A stretch of DNA of 64,000 bases. Source: Bigelowiella natans CCMP2755 (taxonomy: Eukaryota; Protista; Cercozoa). The stretch is from positions 8,759-72,758 of the forward strand of contig ADNK01001077.1 of assembly GCA_000320545.1 (NCBI GenBank), in the 5' to 3' direction. The notes under the pieces are model-generated. The model made no database searches, had not been told where the DNA came from, and was given only the letters and a program-made list of their open reading frames with translations. Position 1 is the first letter of the stretch, and each line of letters opens with the position of its first letter. Below, one piece after another: positions 1 to 13,564 of this stretch. Made by a program: the position numbers and the translations under genes.

Positions 1-240
1 CATACTAATCTAGGTGGGAAGATTTCTAACTTGGAATGATTATCCGAAGCCAGTGATCAAGCAATCTGGTTTAATTAAGTAAATAATAGCCCAAGTAATG
101 TGCTGCACTGAACAGGTCGGTCAGGTTGCTGGCTGAAATGAAGCGTAACGCGGATTCTTGAATTTCATGCCACGAGAAGTTCTCTGCATTGCTTACTCGT
201 AATGACAGTTTCAATTAACATGTTCATGAAGGCAACGCAC

Positions 241-2830
241 AAACGCGCCTAGATGCCGTTTGTGTTAGGCAATGGCCGACCGATCAAGATGTGTGCCAAT
301 CTTTGTAGCAATGTGCATTGCATGTGCGCACCACGGCGAATGTTGTTCTTTAGCAACACACACTCTGTTTAGTCGGCACTTCCTTGCGCAGCACAATGAA
401 ATGAAACATGCAATGTGATGGAAGATGTGTGTGCGTGTGTGGAAGCTGCAACACGTGTCACGACGTGTGCACCTGCGCGCGTGTGTGCATCCGTCGAACA
501 CCCTGATGTGTGCACGTTGGCACGTTCCACAGCGTTGCACTTGCAAGATGACTAGATGGGCTGCTTCGTTGAATCTGTGGCCCTGTGAGGCTGTGTAGCG
601 TGTAGCCCTGTGAGGCTGTCTAGCCATGTGTGAAAAAGCGCGTGCAAACTGCGATGCTAGATCGACTGTGCTTGTTCATGATGCACAGAGTGCCCCACAA
701 ATGTGCACTTTGGCGTGTTTTCGCGGCCGTGCTGTGCATGTGGTGAAAATGTTGCACAACTAGCACCAGAGCAGGCAAAAAACGCAGGTGAGCTGCGCCG
801 GCTTTGCAAATCCAAGCATGCACGCGCACGCGTTCTTTCGCGCGAGCTAGCGAGCGCTTGCATGGCACAAGCAATGGTCATTGCAAACACATTGCAATGC
901 ATTTTGACCAGTTGAAAGCGTTTGGTTTTTGCCACATCGGCTGAAATGATGCCAAAATGACACCTCAGAATCCACATCACGACTGCTAGACTGCACCTAG
1001 ACCACTGCGACTGTCCACAAAAAATGGTCTCGGTGCAGTCTGGCAGTCGTGATGTGGATTGAGGTGTCATTTTGGCATCATTTCAGCCGATGTGGCAAAA
1101 CTGAACGCGTGATGGACGTGCAATGTGACACACACGTGTTGCACATGCACATCACATGCACCACGTTGCTGTGTCCATTGTGCATTTTCAACTGGCGGCC
1201 AAAACACACTTCAGTGTGTTCGCAATGATCATTCCAGCATTGCCAAGCGCTCGCGCGGAAAAAACGCACACATGGCTCACACTTCTCATGTTCAAGACTT
1301 GCATTTTGAGACAACGCTAGCCAGAAAGGTTCAACCTGCTTGCTGGCTTGTTGCCACATTCTGGCATTGATCGAGTTCATCTCCAGGTGTTGAAAAATTT
1401 CTGCACTTTGGCTGTCCATCTAGCCATCGCTAGATCGACTTGGAACGTTGTGATCAAACCAATGTGCGAACTGAGTGTGTGCAACGTGTCAGTTTGTCTG
1501 ATTTGTTTGCGTTGCACCGAAACTTCCAGAATTTTGTGATGCACACGTGCACCCCCCGCCCTGCATGTCTGCACATGACTGCGCTGCTAGCCCCACCAGC
1601 CCCTTCGATTCAAACCATCAAAAATCGCACAAGCTAGCAAGTGTGAACTGGTCAACTTTGCTTGAGTTTTGGGTCGTGTTGTGTCACCGAGCCCATTGCA
1701 ACCATGTGGCATTGCCAGATTGGGGTGGCCAGATGTGCGATGCATGCAAGCAAAGAATTGCAGCAAAACTACGCGGCGCGCTAGCGTGCGGCGTCATCGA
1801 TCCACATGCACAGCTGGCCCAAACCCGGCAACAATGAGGTTTCGATCTGACCAATCAGTCACATCCCAAGCATCCAACGTCAAGTCAAAACGTTGTGTTT
1901 GCCCACTGGGATCAATGCATGCGGAGGAACGTGTTCTCTGTGCATCCAGGATTTCGAGCACCACACACGTTTTGTCTCATTTTCAGGCAATCCTGGAAAG
2001 GTGGCCAATTTCGCTTCAAAAAACTGTTGATTGTGCACCAGTGCATGCCACGTGCATGCGGTCTAGCGGTGCATGAAAAATCAGCCCAATCGCTCACAGC
2101 TCCGTCAAACCCGGTGACGACGGGGTTGTGAACAGTGCAGCGCTTTGCGACGCGCTTTGAAGCAGCAGGCAGTTGCAGTTCCAGAGTTGGTCAAAGAAAA
2201 GTCATCAGAACTTGTCCGATGCTAGCGATGGCCAAACCTCAAAAAATGACCGAATGAACATTGACCCAAATCTAGCAAATGTCCATTTTCAAGGCCTCAG
2301 TGAGCGCGCAAAGTGTGAAAATTCACAGCCATTCAGCATTGCACGGAGGATGCACGCTGCACGTTTGTTCTCTGCCACACTTTGAATGCTTTTGCGCGTG
2401 CTGGCGTGTGTTTGACCAAGTGTGACATGCACGAAAAATTTCAAAGAAATGCGAACAAATCCAATGTCCATCACATCACACAACGCGCTTGGTCGCGCGC
2501 AACGCCGAAGCCATGAAAATTCCCAGGCTTCGCCTAGCTGTGCGTGCTTGGTGCGTGGACAAACATGGGAAAAGAAGCGCGTGCAAGCACACACACACAC
2601 ACACACACACCCACCCACCAGGTGGCTAGCTGCACATGTCCACTAGATGCATGTGTAGCAAGGACGCCGCGACAATCGCCTAGACCGCCGTCTATCTAGC
2701 CGTGTCTTTAGTTGCGCACGCTTGTACATCTCGACCTACTTCACGTCTGGTTTGCCACACACGATGTGGATGTGCTTCAGCATGGCGACAGGATGACAGC
2801 TTCTTTCGATCAGTGCACGTACATGTCAAG
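241..2830. other. TpA-depleted, CTAG-retaining intergenic island 1
   Basis: Hand count 661-2640: 16 TA, of which 15 CTAG and 1 CTAC. All 10 TA in 241-660 are followed by G. Strong TG/CA/CG alternation. ORF-track peptides here are Cys/His-rich and nearly Tyr-free. Confidence 0.9.
918..1108. repeat. Long inverted repeat (about 85-bp arms, 20-nt loop), foldback or MITE-like relic
   Basis: 918-1004 is the near-perfect reverse complement of 1025-1108 (gccacatcggctgaaatgatgccaaaatgacacctca...). More diverged arm homology continues at about 826-917 versus 1185-1270. Confidence 0.85.
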
Positions 2831-4799
2831 ATAGAGGTCTAGATGTGGAATCAGATGAATGTCTGATCATCCTAACGCTGGTACATCACGAGTCTTTGTA
2901 CTGTGAGAGTACACACATCAAATGGAAGTTACAAACACTGTACTTGAACTACAGTTCATCCTTAAACTTTTCCAGCCTTCTTCTGTGCGAACCAGACTGC
3001 AAACTTGGTTGTGAGGCATCCTCCAACAAAACAGCCAGCAGAAATCGAGCCCACGACTACAGGATTGAATCCCGCTTTAGTGTCAAAAACTGGAGGATTA
3101 TCATGTCCTTTAACGGCAGATCGTGTGGAAATGAATCGGCGCTGGGCAATAGTGCGGATAGATCTGTTGTGCAAGGGGGAAATGTGGGCCATCTCAGCAA
3201 GATCAATCCAAAAATTGCAATCAGAGATAGGACATGTGATTTATCGTGTTAAATAAAGGATAGCATCCATTAGTTTTTCATTATTATAAGCTTCTCCATG
3301 GATGAATAGTAAGCAAATACGTAACCTTAGGATGGGAGCGGACATAGCACTGGAGGGGAGTGTGTAATCTTATCAGATATTGAAAGGTTACAAATAGAAG
3401 AGAAATGAATAAAATCCATGTTTTCATCACCTACGACTTGCCAGAATATTTGGACTCTTTGTCTATTTGGGCTATGCCAAATATTTTCCAGTTTAAATCA
3501 AATCTGAACGCATATTTGTAAGGTATATGACTGATCAAAGTTTGTCGAAAGCTACTAGAATTTTAAGAAGAAAATTAACTTTATCATCATTTGAAGTCAA
3601 AATTAGATCCATAAATTCTTTTCCAAATGATTTCTTTCTGCAACAAAGTTCTCAAAAAATATGCACAAAACACTAGCGGAGAAACCTATAGAAGTATCTG
3701 GAAATGAATTGTCGTAGGATGCTAACATACTTCAAACAATTTCATAAAATTTCCGCAATAATTTGTCAGAGTAAAATGAAATGCAAGTCGCTCTAAAAAT
3801 AAAGATGCTATTTGAGAGTTTCGGAGATTACCCATTGCTGTGTTGTCGTACGGAGACGAATTCACTTGTTTTGAGTTTTTCCCAATTTACTCGATTTCTC
3901 TCCGTGCTCTGTTGAGGTTGAGCGAATTTTGCTCAGATTCAGTCCATATTGTGCATATATGATTTTGTTTCTGTAGTCTTTAAATCCTATAAATATATAT
4001 GTATATTGCTATATATAGATGTCGTATAATAATAACACACTATTTAATTTAGCGGTCAATCAACATTGAACTGAATTATTTCTAAATAAGTAACTCGTTG
4101 TGGACTTTTCTGTTTTCAGAATACATATTCAATATGAAATAGAGAATAATACTTATTTCTCCTATAATTTTACTTCTTCCAAACTCATAGAAGCATAAAT
4201 GCAAACTATTTAAAGAGATCAAAATTGTGTGTGAATAACAAACTCTGAAAGAATAAAAAATCAAGCCCAAAATTTAATCAGAAGTGCAACATAATTTTGC
4301 ATATTTTTCTTGATTCCTGCTGTGAAATTGTCAAAACCCCCCTATTCTTGCATGTATCTGAGGAAAGTTACTACTAATCTTTCTAGTATAAAAGCATAAA
4401 AGTCTGAATATTATAATAAAAGTAGTAGATTTTAGTCCCTTTTGAAACATAAAACACTCCATATGCCAAATATTGATGTGTAACATCGTATTTGGTGAAA
4501 GAATTAGTGTCTGAAAGTTTTAATTGTGATCTCTCTTTCAAGGTGTGTCTCTCTTTTCTTTCTCGTTCTTCTCTGTTCTCTCTCTCTCTGTTCTCTCTCT
4601 CTCTGTTCTCTCTAAAATCATTAAACAACACTGTGCTCATCATCAACCTGCATCTTTCTTCTCCGGCATCTTATCAATTTCCTTCGTCGTAGATCCACGG
4701 TAATTGTGAGAAGGGAAGAGGGGAATGAAAGGAGAAAATAGCAATACACACATGCGCACGGAACATGATGATAACAACATTCTAATTCCCACAGGATAG

Positions 4800-6143
4800 C
4801 ACGCACTGAGACGAAGGAAAATAGGAAGAAGCCTCTTGAGGTACCAGGAAGCACAGGACCTTTACCATCGGCAAGTAGTAGAAGCAACCATTATATCCGC
4901 AACAGCAACAGCCGTCGCCGCGCCCCACGACGACGACAACACGTGTAGTAGTACTCTTGGAAGGTCAATAGAGGAGCAGAATCGAGAATTTGGAGCACGC
5001 TCCAGAAGCAAAGTGGAGGCCCCAATCTTCAACTCCAACACTCCGGCAGAGGCCGTCTTGCCCCAAGTGCAAAGGTTTGTCCATTTTTATTGCATCACCA
5101 CGACTACATATTGGTTATTTTGAAGCTAGTAGAAAGTGTTGATTATTCTGATAATATTGAGCGTTGCCGATATGACGTGAAAACTGTGCAAGCAACCGGG
5201 TTAATAAGGAAAATAATAACTTGACATTTTTTGCAGTAGGTATGTGCCACAGGTCGGCCCGGGCAAGATGGTAGTTCCATGTTTAATGTCGATAATTAGC
5301 TAAAATATCCAGCCTGGATTCAATGTTAATTGATCTCTTAGGACACCATTGCAATGTTGTCGGAGAAGGCAAGCTCATCTGGAAGGAAGCCCAGGGCAAT
5401 TAAAGGCCCCCGGGAACGCCATTACGAACTGATTGAGCACTGCAGAGTCATCGCTGAACAAGGTTTGTTGTGCAACACAATCATCTTTCAAAAACAAATT
5501 CACACTTTCCTATAAAATCTCAATAAATTAACAACTTTATTACCATACAGGCTCGAGTACCCCCGAGCTTCATGCCGTCGTGGAGCCTCTTTTGGGAGGG
5601 CTGCGTAGATCTCTCAGTGGAGAAGATCAGGACCTTACCGAGCTAAAAGAAGTTCTTGGAGTGGCAATGGATAAATTACCAAGGGCAATTCGACGAAAGA
5701 ATCGGAAATGTGGATCATGTGGTGGTAAGGGTCATCGAAGGGATAGCAAACAGTGTCCAAATTATGTCCCAAAACCTCCTAGAGATCGCGAAAACCGAAA
5801 ATGCGGTTCATGCGGTCAAAAAGGTCATAGGAGAGACAGCAAACTCTGTCCAAATTACGTTCCACGAAACAGAAAAGGCGACAACAACCATGTTAATGTT
5901 GACAATACCGCTCCTAAAAACGGGATTGGAACAGGCGTGCCCAGTGTACCAGAAGGCATATTAGCGCCTACAAATGATGGTGCTGACCTCAAGGATCCGT
6001 CAAGGAAACGACCCAGACCTACAGTAACTACAGCAAGGTATATTTCTTTCTTCAGATTATTGAGAAATAAAATCATTGAATTTCTTTCTCCAAAAATTAG
6101 GCGTTACGTCGAGATGGATAGGATGGACGAACGCTACTACTGA
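4800..6143 (+). CDS. Tandem CCHC zinc-knuckle protein resembling the C-terminal part of MULE/FAR1-type transposases; 5' end unresolved
   Basis: GT-AG introns at 5075-5239, 5271-5341, 5463-5550 and 6038-6100 join in frame. Two KCGSCGxKGHRRDSKxCP knuckles (CX2CX4HX6C) follow RERHYELIEHCRVIAEQGSSTPELH, which resembles the FAR1 post-SWIM helix. Confidence 0.6.
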
Positions 6144-6259
6144 ATTCACACTGTCTCCCGTATCTCTCACCTTCGCCTCACCAACCAAAACAAAATGATA
6201 ACTTGACTCATTAGCATGTAGCGTGCTTGCAATTATCAGATTTGTCAAATTGTACATAG

Positions 6260-6970
6260 TATCCTAGACCTAGAGACAGGGACCGTCGATCAACCAAAAA
6301 GTCGCATGCATTAAGTGTTTAGCTAGTAGGCATGCTAGCATGGTAACGACGGCGCAAAGACAAATATATGCCACGCATACATATAGCGTTACTACTACCA
6401 CACCGTAATATTGACTGCCAATGCCTAGCTAGATGTTGCTGCACATCAAAACGCACGCATCCGAGACGATGCATATATCGCACAGCTTGCTAGAAATTTC
6501 CGCACCCGAGACGGATCAATGAACAACTTGAATTTTTCAATGGTCATCCTATAATGATGTAGCTATGCAAACTAGCAAAGCTAGAAAGCACAAGCTAGCT
6601 AGAGCAGGAGCAAAATCATCACACACAATTGTGAGACGGATGTAATGAAGTGATTAAATCTTTTGAATAGTCATCCTAATCTAGCAGTGATGTGTAGGCT
6701 ACATGCAAAGCAGCGGCTGCTGCACGGCAATCTTGTGCTGACAAATGAATTTGCGGGCACTAGAATGAAACCCATGTAAAACTGTGGCGGGGAACAAAGA
6801 GGCATTCCTGTCTAGCTAGTCATGCATCATTCATTCTGGGTACAAAATGATAGTTACTACTAGGTTATTAGGTGTAGGAGTCGAGAGAAATTGTTTCCAC
6901 TACCATCCATCCATCATATTTTCTTCTGCTTCAGCACACATTAGCGAGCAGGGACATCTATAACAATCTA
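6260..6970. other. Partially TpA-depleted spacer between convergent genes, with an internal diverged direct repeat
   Basis: CTAG-rich. 6508-6570 and 6633-6709 are homologous and differ mostly at TA versus CA/TG. Confidence 0.65.
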
Positions 6971-7042
6971 GACGTCATGATCTTAGCGTGGACTTGTTGC
7001 CGTCCGCAATGTGCTGCTGACCCCCTGTTGGCAGTAATTTCC

Positions 7043-7227
7043 TCAACTTTTCAAATGAGCGAACGATGACCCTGAAATATAGTAGAGATTATGCATTGCA
7101 AGGTCAGCACAAATAACTAAAGTAGACACTACAATGCATTTATCAGCAAAAAATGCATACACAGTCGAGACGTATCCTTTCCATGAAATCCCTTCGCACA
7201 ACGAAACATTATTATGTGCATATACAC

Positions 7228-7267
<40 letters not shown>

Positions 7268-7288
7268 GTCAATCTATATACATCTACA

Positions 7289-7326
<38 letters not shown>

Positions 7327-8032
7327 ACATATATGTATATATTATACCTATTGTATCCCACCACGTCACCCATTGCCAGCTCAAAAGCCTGGATCATAAC
7401 ATTTCCCGGCAGCATATTAAGATAGAATTCTTAACGTACTATTATTATTTGCCATAAAAATATTCATTTGTCACAGTTGCTGTGCTGCTGATATCAAGGT
7501 GTCGCTTAACCTCCCCACCAACTCCCTTCCCTCCTCCTCCCATACAAAATGATGCCAACAACCTGATCTTGAAATTGCACAATATATGTCAATTCGCATA
7601 TTTCCTTTTGTCCAGGTGGTATTCGTTTCTTGTCTTGTTTCAAATTGTTGGAAAAAGAATGAGAACACGCCTTAGATTTGAGAAAACAAAACTCTATTAT
7701 ATCACTTCTATTTCACACTGATAATAGTCAATATTTCACTCCTCCCAAAAGCTACTATACCACCAAAACTGCAACAACAACAACAACAACAACAACTACT
7801 ACTACTACTACCACTACCACTACATGTGAACACATAACAACCACCTTTCTTGTCTCCTTTTAGACTGTATAGTATTTGTAAAACATTAAGAAGAGAAACA
7901 CGAATGATTAATTATAAACTTGCAGATCAATACAGAAGAATTCCTAGCACTAGATACTATATCCAAACATACCATTTCAAGTGTGTATATCGTGTATGAA
8001 GTAGATATGATAATGATATTGTATAGATCCCG

Positions 8033-8063
<31 letters not shown>

Positions 8064-9055
8064 TTACTACTACTACTACGCTGATGCTACCCCATCATCA
8101 TCATCATCATCATCATTATCTTCATCATCATTTTATGTAGTAAGTATTTACAACGTCACACCACATGCTGACCGTGGTAATGTGAGTACTGGAGTGTCTT
8201 TCCCATAACAGAATGTTATCTGTGATGATCATGATGACAATGATGATGATGATGATGATTACAATGATGATGGTAGAAAGAAATGGAAAAAGGTGATAAG
8301 GGTTGTTTACTTCCTCCCATTGGCCATGTACATAACACCACATTTATAGTCTGAAGCTGAAAGCATCATTATTATACTTACCGTGAAGCTCTTTCTTTTT
8401 TTCTTCTCGATTTCCTGAATAATCGATGAATTTCTGCTTATGTTTTGTTTGTCTTAATATTCCTTGATTCACAGTATACTAAAGTATAATTAAACATGAC
8501 GTAGTAGTATTGGTAGTAACCCACTACCTCTTTCAAGTCACTTTGATCACGGACAATGTTAGAACCCTAGTAGTAGTAGTAGCAGCAGCAGCAGCAGCAG
8601 TAGTATTACAGGAAGAAGAAGAGAAAGAAAAAATATTCTAGAATTCCTTCTATCTCTTGCTACAGCATGTGTGATTATTATAGACTGTGTGCGTATGTTA
8701 CGGATAAAGAACAAAGGCAATGTCATCCAACTTACAAAGGTGGCCATCCCAAAGTGCATTCATTACAATACGGGGAGGAGGAAGAAAATTGTTGATGAGA
8801 ACACATTATAAATAGGTGAGTAGGTACTACTGCATAATTTCTCCTCCTCCTCCTCCTCCTCCTCCTCCTACTTCTACTTGTACTAATACCACGTGCGTTA
8901 GAAGCCATCCTTTCTTCACACCTAGCCTTTTAGCTTGGCCCTTTCACGGAAGAAGAACCCAACCAATCAACATTGCACCACCACCACCAACGAATAAAAC
9001 GAAGAGGTAAAGGAAATATGATGCTTCTCATAAACACAACCTGTCTTAACAATGA

Positions 9056-9090
<35 letters not shown>

Positions 9091-9289
9091 TAGAACACAA
9101 TCACTACAACATCGTCGTCATCAGCAATAACTATGCAGTGCTATGTGTGAGTGTGTGTGCTTGTGCGTTGAGGAATGTAGTTTATAAACCCACATCAGCG
9201 ACGAGAGAGTAGACCCTCAATCCTAAATGGTAGCAGCAGCAGTAGTAGTAGAAGTAGAAGTAGTAGTACAAAATTAGAAAAAGTAGAAG

Positions 9290-9324
<35 letters not shown>

Positions 9325-9782
9325 TACACACTAAATTGTTATCACCCTTATCATCATCATCATCATCACTAGAAGCTTGGATGTCCCACTATTACTACTA
9401 GTGGTTGTGGTTAATGAGGAAACACACGTACTGCAATAGAAATTGCGCCTACAGCCTTATCTACTATTTAGAGGCTGCTATTGAGTATGCTAGATCAATG
9501 AATAATCAATCCCATCGTCTTCAACCTCAATAATTTGCTACTACTAAGTTGCATCGTCATCGACTCAAATTTGACTTAACATGAGTTTTGTCTCCTTGAT
9601 AACAGCAGCATGAACGAACACCACCTTTGAATGTAATTCCAAGAGATCCAGATGCAAAGCAAATCTACATAACAACAACACTCATGCTTGAAATAGTAAC
9701 GACAACACAATCGTCACAACTAGCATTTTTCTATGTACACATATGTATAGTTGTGTTAGTGTGTGTTATTTATATATAATAG

Positions 9783-9866
<84 letters not shown>

Positions 9867-10707
9867 ATATAGGGTGGGGGGGAAGCAGTATGCTGTTGTT
9901 GATTATTCATTATTATTATTATTATTATCTTTGTCGGTGATTTATGGTCTTATTGGTTCTGCAGCCTCCTCCTCCCTCTCCTCCTCCTCCTCCTCCTCCT
10001 CCTCCTCCTCCTCCTACTACTACTACTACTAATACTACCTTTTTTATCTTTTGCCGTGTGGTTTTTGTTTTGATGACATACCCTAAATGAATGAGCAGCA
10101 GCAGCAAGGAATAATTAACGAAATAGTATGATCACCATCCTCATCATGATCATCACCGTCGTCATCATCATCATAATATTACCACTAGATAAGACATTAG
10201 CACGGGTATATCGTGGATCCTATGTTGTTGTATAATGCGAATAACCAGTCAGGATGATTATGATGATGAAACAAGAGAAATAGTAGAGAGGAGATAAAAC
10301 GTAAGGAAAGTGATGGATACAATAGGGTCTAGTATGATAGCAGCAAACAACCTCTGGTAGCTTTGGATGCTTTACTGATCGAAACGATATCAAACAGACG
10401 CCTAGGTTGGACTTGGTATGTATATCTTGCTATTATTATTATTTCACTAGAGATCATCATTATCACTATTATTGCTATAAGTAGCAGCAGCAGTAGTAGC
10501 ATAGGGATTACAAACAAATATATCTAATGATGTTGGTAGTTGATGAATGCTGTTAGCTCATAATTACATAATGTGTACACAATGATGCCGTGCTAATTTC
10601 GAAGTTAATAAACAATCTCAAATAAAACGGAATGACAACTCAGATCCTACTACTGCTACTACAACTACTTGAGCAAAACAGTTCGTGCTACATACAAACT
10701 CACACAC

Positions 10708-10750
<43 letters not shown>

Positions 10751-11048
10751 AGGAGCTGTTTGCCTCCAAGATCTATGAAAAAATAGCACACAACAACATA
10801 TCAATTCATACAAGATGAATGTGATTATTACACTGACAATCTTTAAACTATTGCCCTGCTATTTTAGCTTTTGAGTAGTATATTAAATGGTTATTGAGTG
10901 TGAAAACAAATTGAAGAATTTAAGTGTTATAGTACTACAGTAAGGATGTGTTGTATCATCAATGTAATATTATATTGCCTCAAAAGACAGAAATCATTGA
11001 GTTTTGTGTCCTTTGTCTTCATAATCTGATAATACGTATAAATTATAT

Positions 11049-11107
<59 letters not shown>

Positions 11108-11174
11108 ATATGAAGCCATGTATGTATTTATATTCCTACATCATCATGCTAGCTATCATAATACATATCCCATT

Positions 11175-11207
<33 letters not shown>

Positions 11208-11432
11208 TGCTACCATTACTACTCGTATAATTACATTTACTACCACCGTTCTCTCCTAATGTCATCATGATGGCAAATAAACATTATACAACTTAGATCA
11301 GTACTTACTACTCATCATGATGAGAGGAGGTATCTTTGTTCAGTGTTGCTACTAACTACCAGATGTATGATGTCGTTTGAATCATCAATAGTCTCTACAA
11401 TCTTAAAAACACACACACACACACACACATAT

Positions 11433-11473
<41 letters not shown>

Positions 11474-11765
11474 CCACACGAGAAGACGAAAAACACGTAC
11501 ATATATGAAGAATCACTGGATGTAGCAACACACAGAAAACAATGCTACTTCCTACAGTTGTACAGTTTATGAAATCAGATTATCCTACTACAAGATACAC
11601 ACTACTACTCGCACACGATTTGTACAGTTTATGAAATCAGATTATCCTACTACAAGATACACACTACTACTCGCACACGATTTCTTGCTGCTACTACTGC
11701 CACTACAATTGTGTAATGTTGTATATGCCTTGCCGCCTTGGTATACCATATCCCATTTCCATACA

Positions 11766-11808
<43 letters not shown>

Positions 11809-12661
11809 GTGTATGTAATGTTGGACATACCTTGCCGCCTTGGTATACCATATCCCATTTCCTTCTCCATCTTTTAATAATAAGCAGTCGTAGCAGCCGG
11901 CAATATATGTCAAGGAAGAATAATAATTAATGTAGAGCATGTGATACTACTTATCGTACCACGACGAATATAATAATGATGGTATACTAAAAAACAAGTT
12001 TAAGCCATCAATCCTTTTACAGTTGCTGCTATTACTACTACAACTACTTTGTGAAATCGTGCAAAACTTCAAAGACAAAAGTTGGATCTGCATAGGTTTT
12101 TGATGTAGCCTGGATAATAGTATAGATAGGTAGTATAGATAGATAGAAGTAAGTGGAAGTAGTAAGAATGGGATAATAGAGATGAAAGGAATTATATCGA
12201 AGATCATCAACTTAGGCGAAAGAGGAGGAGGAGGAGGAGGGGGGAGGGGGGAGGGGGGGGAGAGGAAAACTGAGTAATTCAAACTAAAAATTAATGAATA
12301 ACATGAAAATTGTGAGTCTTGACGCGTTACATCGAAAGCTAGTAGTGAGTAGTACATTTCTATTGATCAATATCTACAAAACATCGATTTCCCATTCCCT
12401 CCTTATTCTCCCCACCCAATTACCCGAAATACACTAATTTTATCCATGCTTTGCTGGGTTGCCACCTTTCAGAATGAAGATATTCAATTGTGTGTATTTT
12501 CCATAAATATATATACACAATCATGATAGATCAGGCGCATTAATCCAAATTTGGAACGATTAAGAGTGAGAATGATGCTGCATTCAATTAAAAGGTACTT
12601 GGACCTTATGTATACTCCTCCCTTCTCGTACTTACTTGCACGCACACTCTCTTACTTACTT

Positions 12662-12698
<37 letters not shown>

Positions 12699-12778
12699 TA
12701 CACATTATCGTATATAGGGAAAACATATCCTACTCCTCCTCCTCCTCCTCCTCCTCCTCCTCCTCCTCCTCCTTCTAT

Positions 12779-12809
<31 letters not shown>

Positions 12810-13529
12810 GCAACCTCAATGTACTCAGATCTATAGTGTATTGACCAAGACTACGTATTATTATTAGAGAAAAGAACAAAAGAAACAGTGAAAGAGTAGT
12901 AGAATTAGTACTACTAGTAGGAACGACTAGTTTTTGCGTGAAAAACTCACAAAGCAGCTAATTTCACTCCAAAACAATTTCTAATAACTAAACATTCATC
13001 AGAAATTGAAAGTGTGTGTGTGTATGTGTGTGTATGTGTGTGACGGTTATAGTAGTCTCTAGAAGACATGTGTATGGTGGAAAATCGATTGATATGGTTA
13101 TATAATGCTGCTGCAAATGATGATGATGATGATGATGATGATGAAAGTGATAATGATGGTGATAATAAGGATGTAAATGATAGCATAATAAACATGATAA
13201 ACATCAGCAGCAGTTGGGACTATTACTACCCACAACTAAAGCTTATAGCCTTTTATTTAAGTACTTCTAAAGCAGCATTTTGGGTGTTGCCTCACACCAT
13301 TAACAAACCTCTTTCATCAGCTTTCTATTGTAAACTCGCATCAGTTGAGATATGTTAAGAAACATGAGTCCAAGCTTTGTTCTATGTTGTTAGCCAGAAA
13401 ACACATCAATCAGAAGATGAAATCAAATTTGAATATAATACATCAACATCACCCAAGAATCTACGACGCAAAAAAATATGGTAAACAACACTCAAAATCT
13501 TTTTTATCATACTTTTTCTTCTTCCATTT

Positions 13530-13564
<35 letters not shown>

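Noticed and set aside
2108-2135. GC-rich mini-hairpin resembling a Helitron 3' end
   Set aside because: Not followed by CTRR, and no matching 5' end or Rep/helicase sequence seen.
265-2646. Many overlapping ORFs of 60-137 aa
   Set aside because: Cys/His-rich, nearly Tyr-free and present in all frames. Explained by loss of TA-containing stop codons.
241-2830. CpG deamination or classical RIP as the cause of the TG/CA excess
   Set aside because: CpG is abundant here and TA is missing. RIP would create TA, and CpG decay would not remove it.
2845-3960. Possible gene remnant with normal TA content (ITCPISDC motif on the minus strand)
   Set aside because: Could not build a consistent frame or splice model on either strand.
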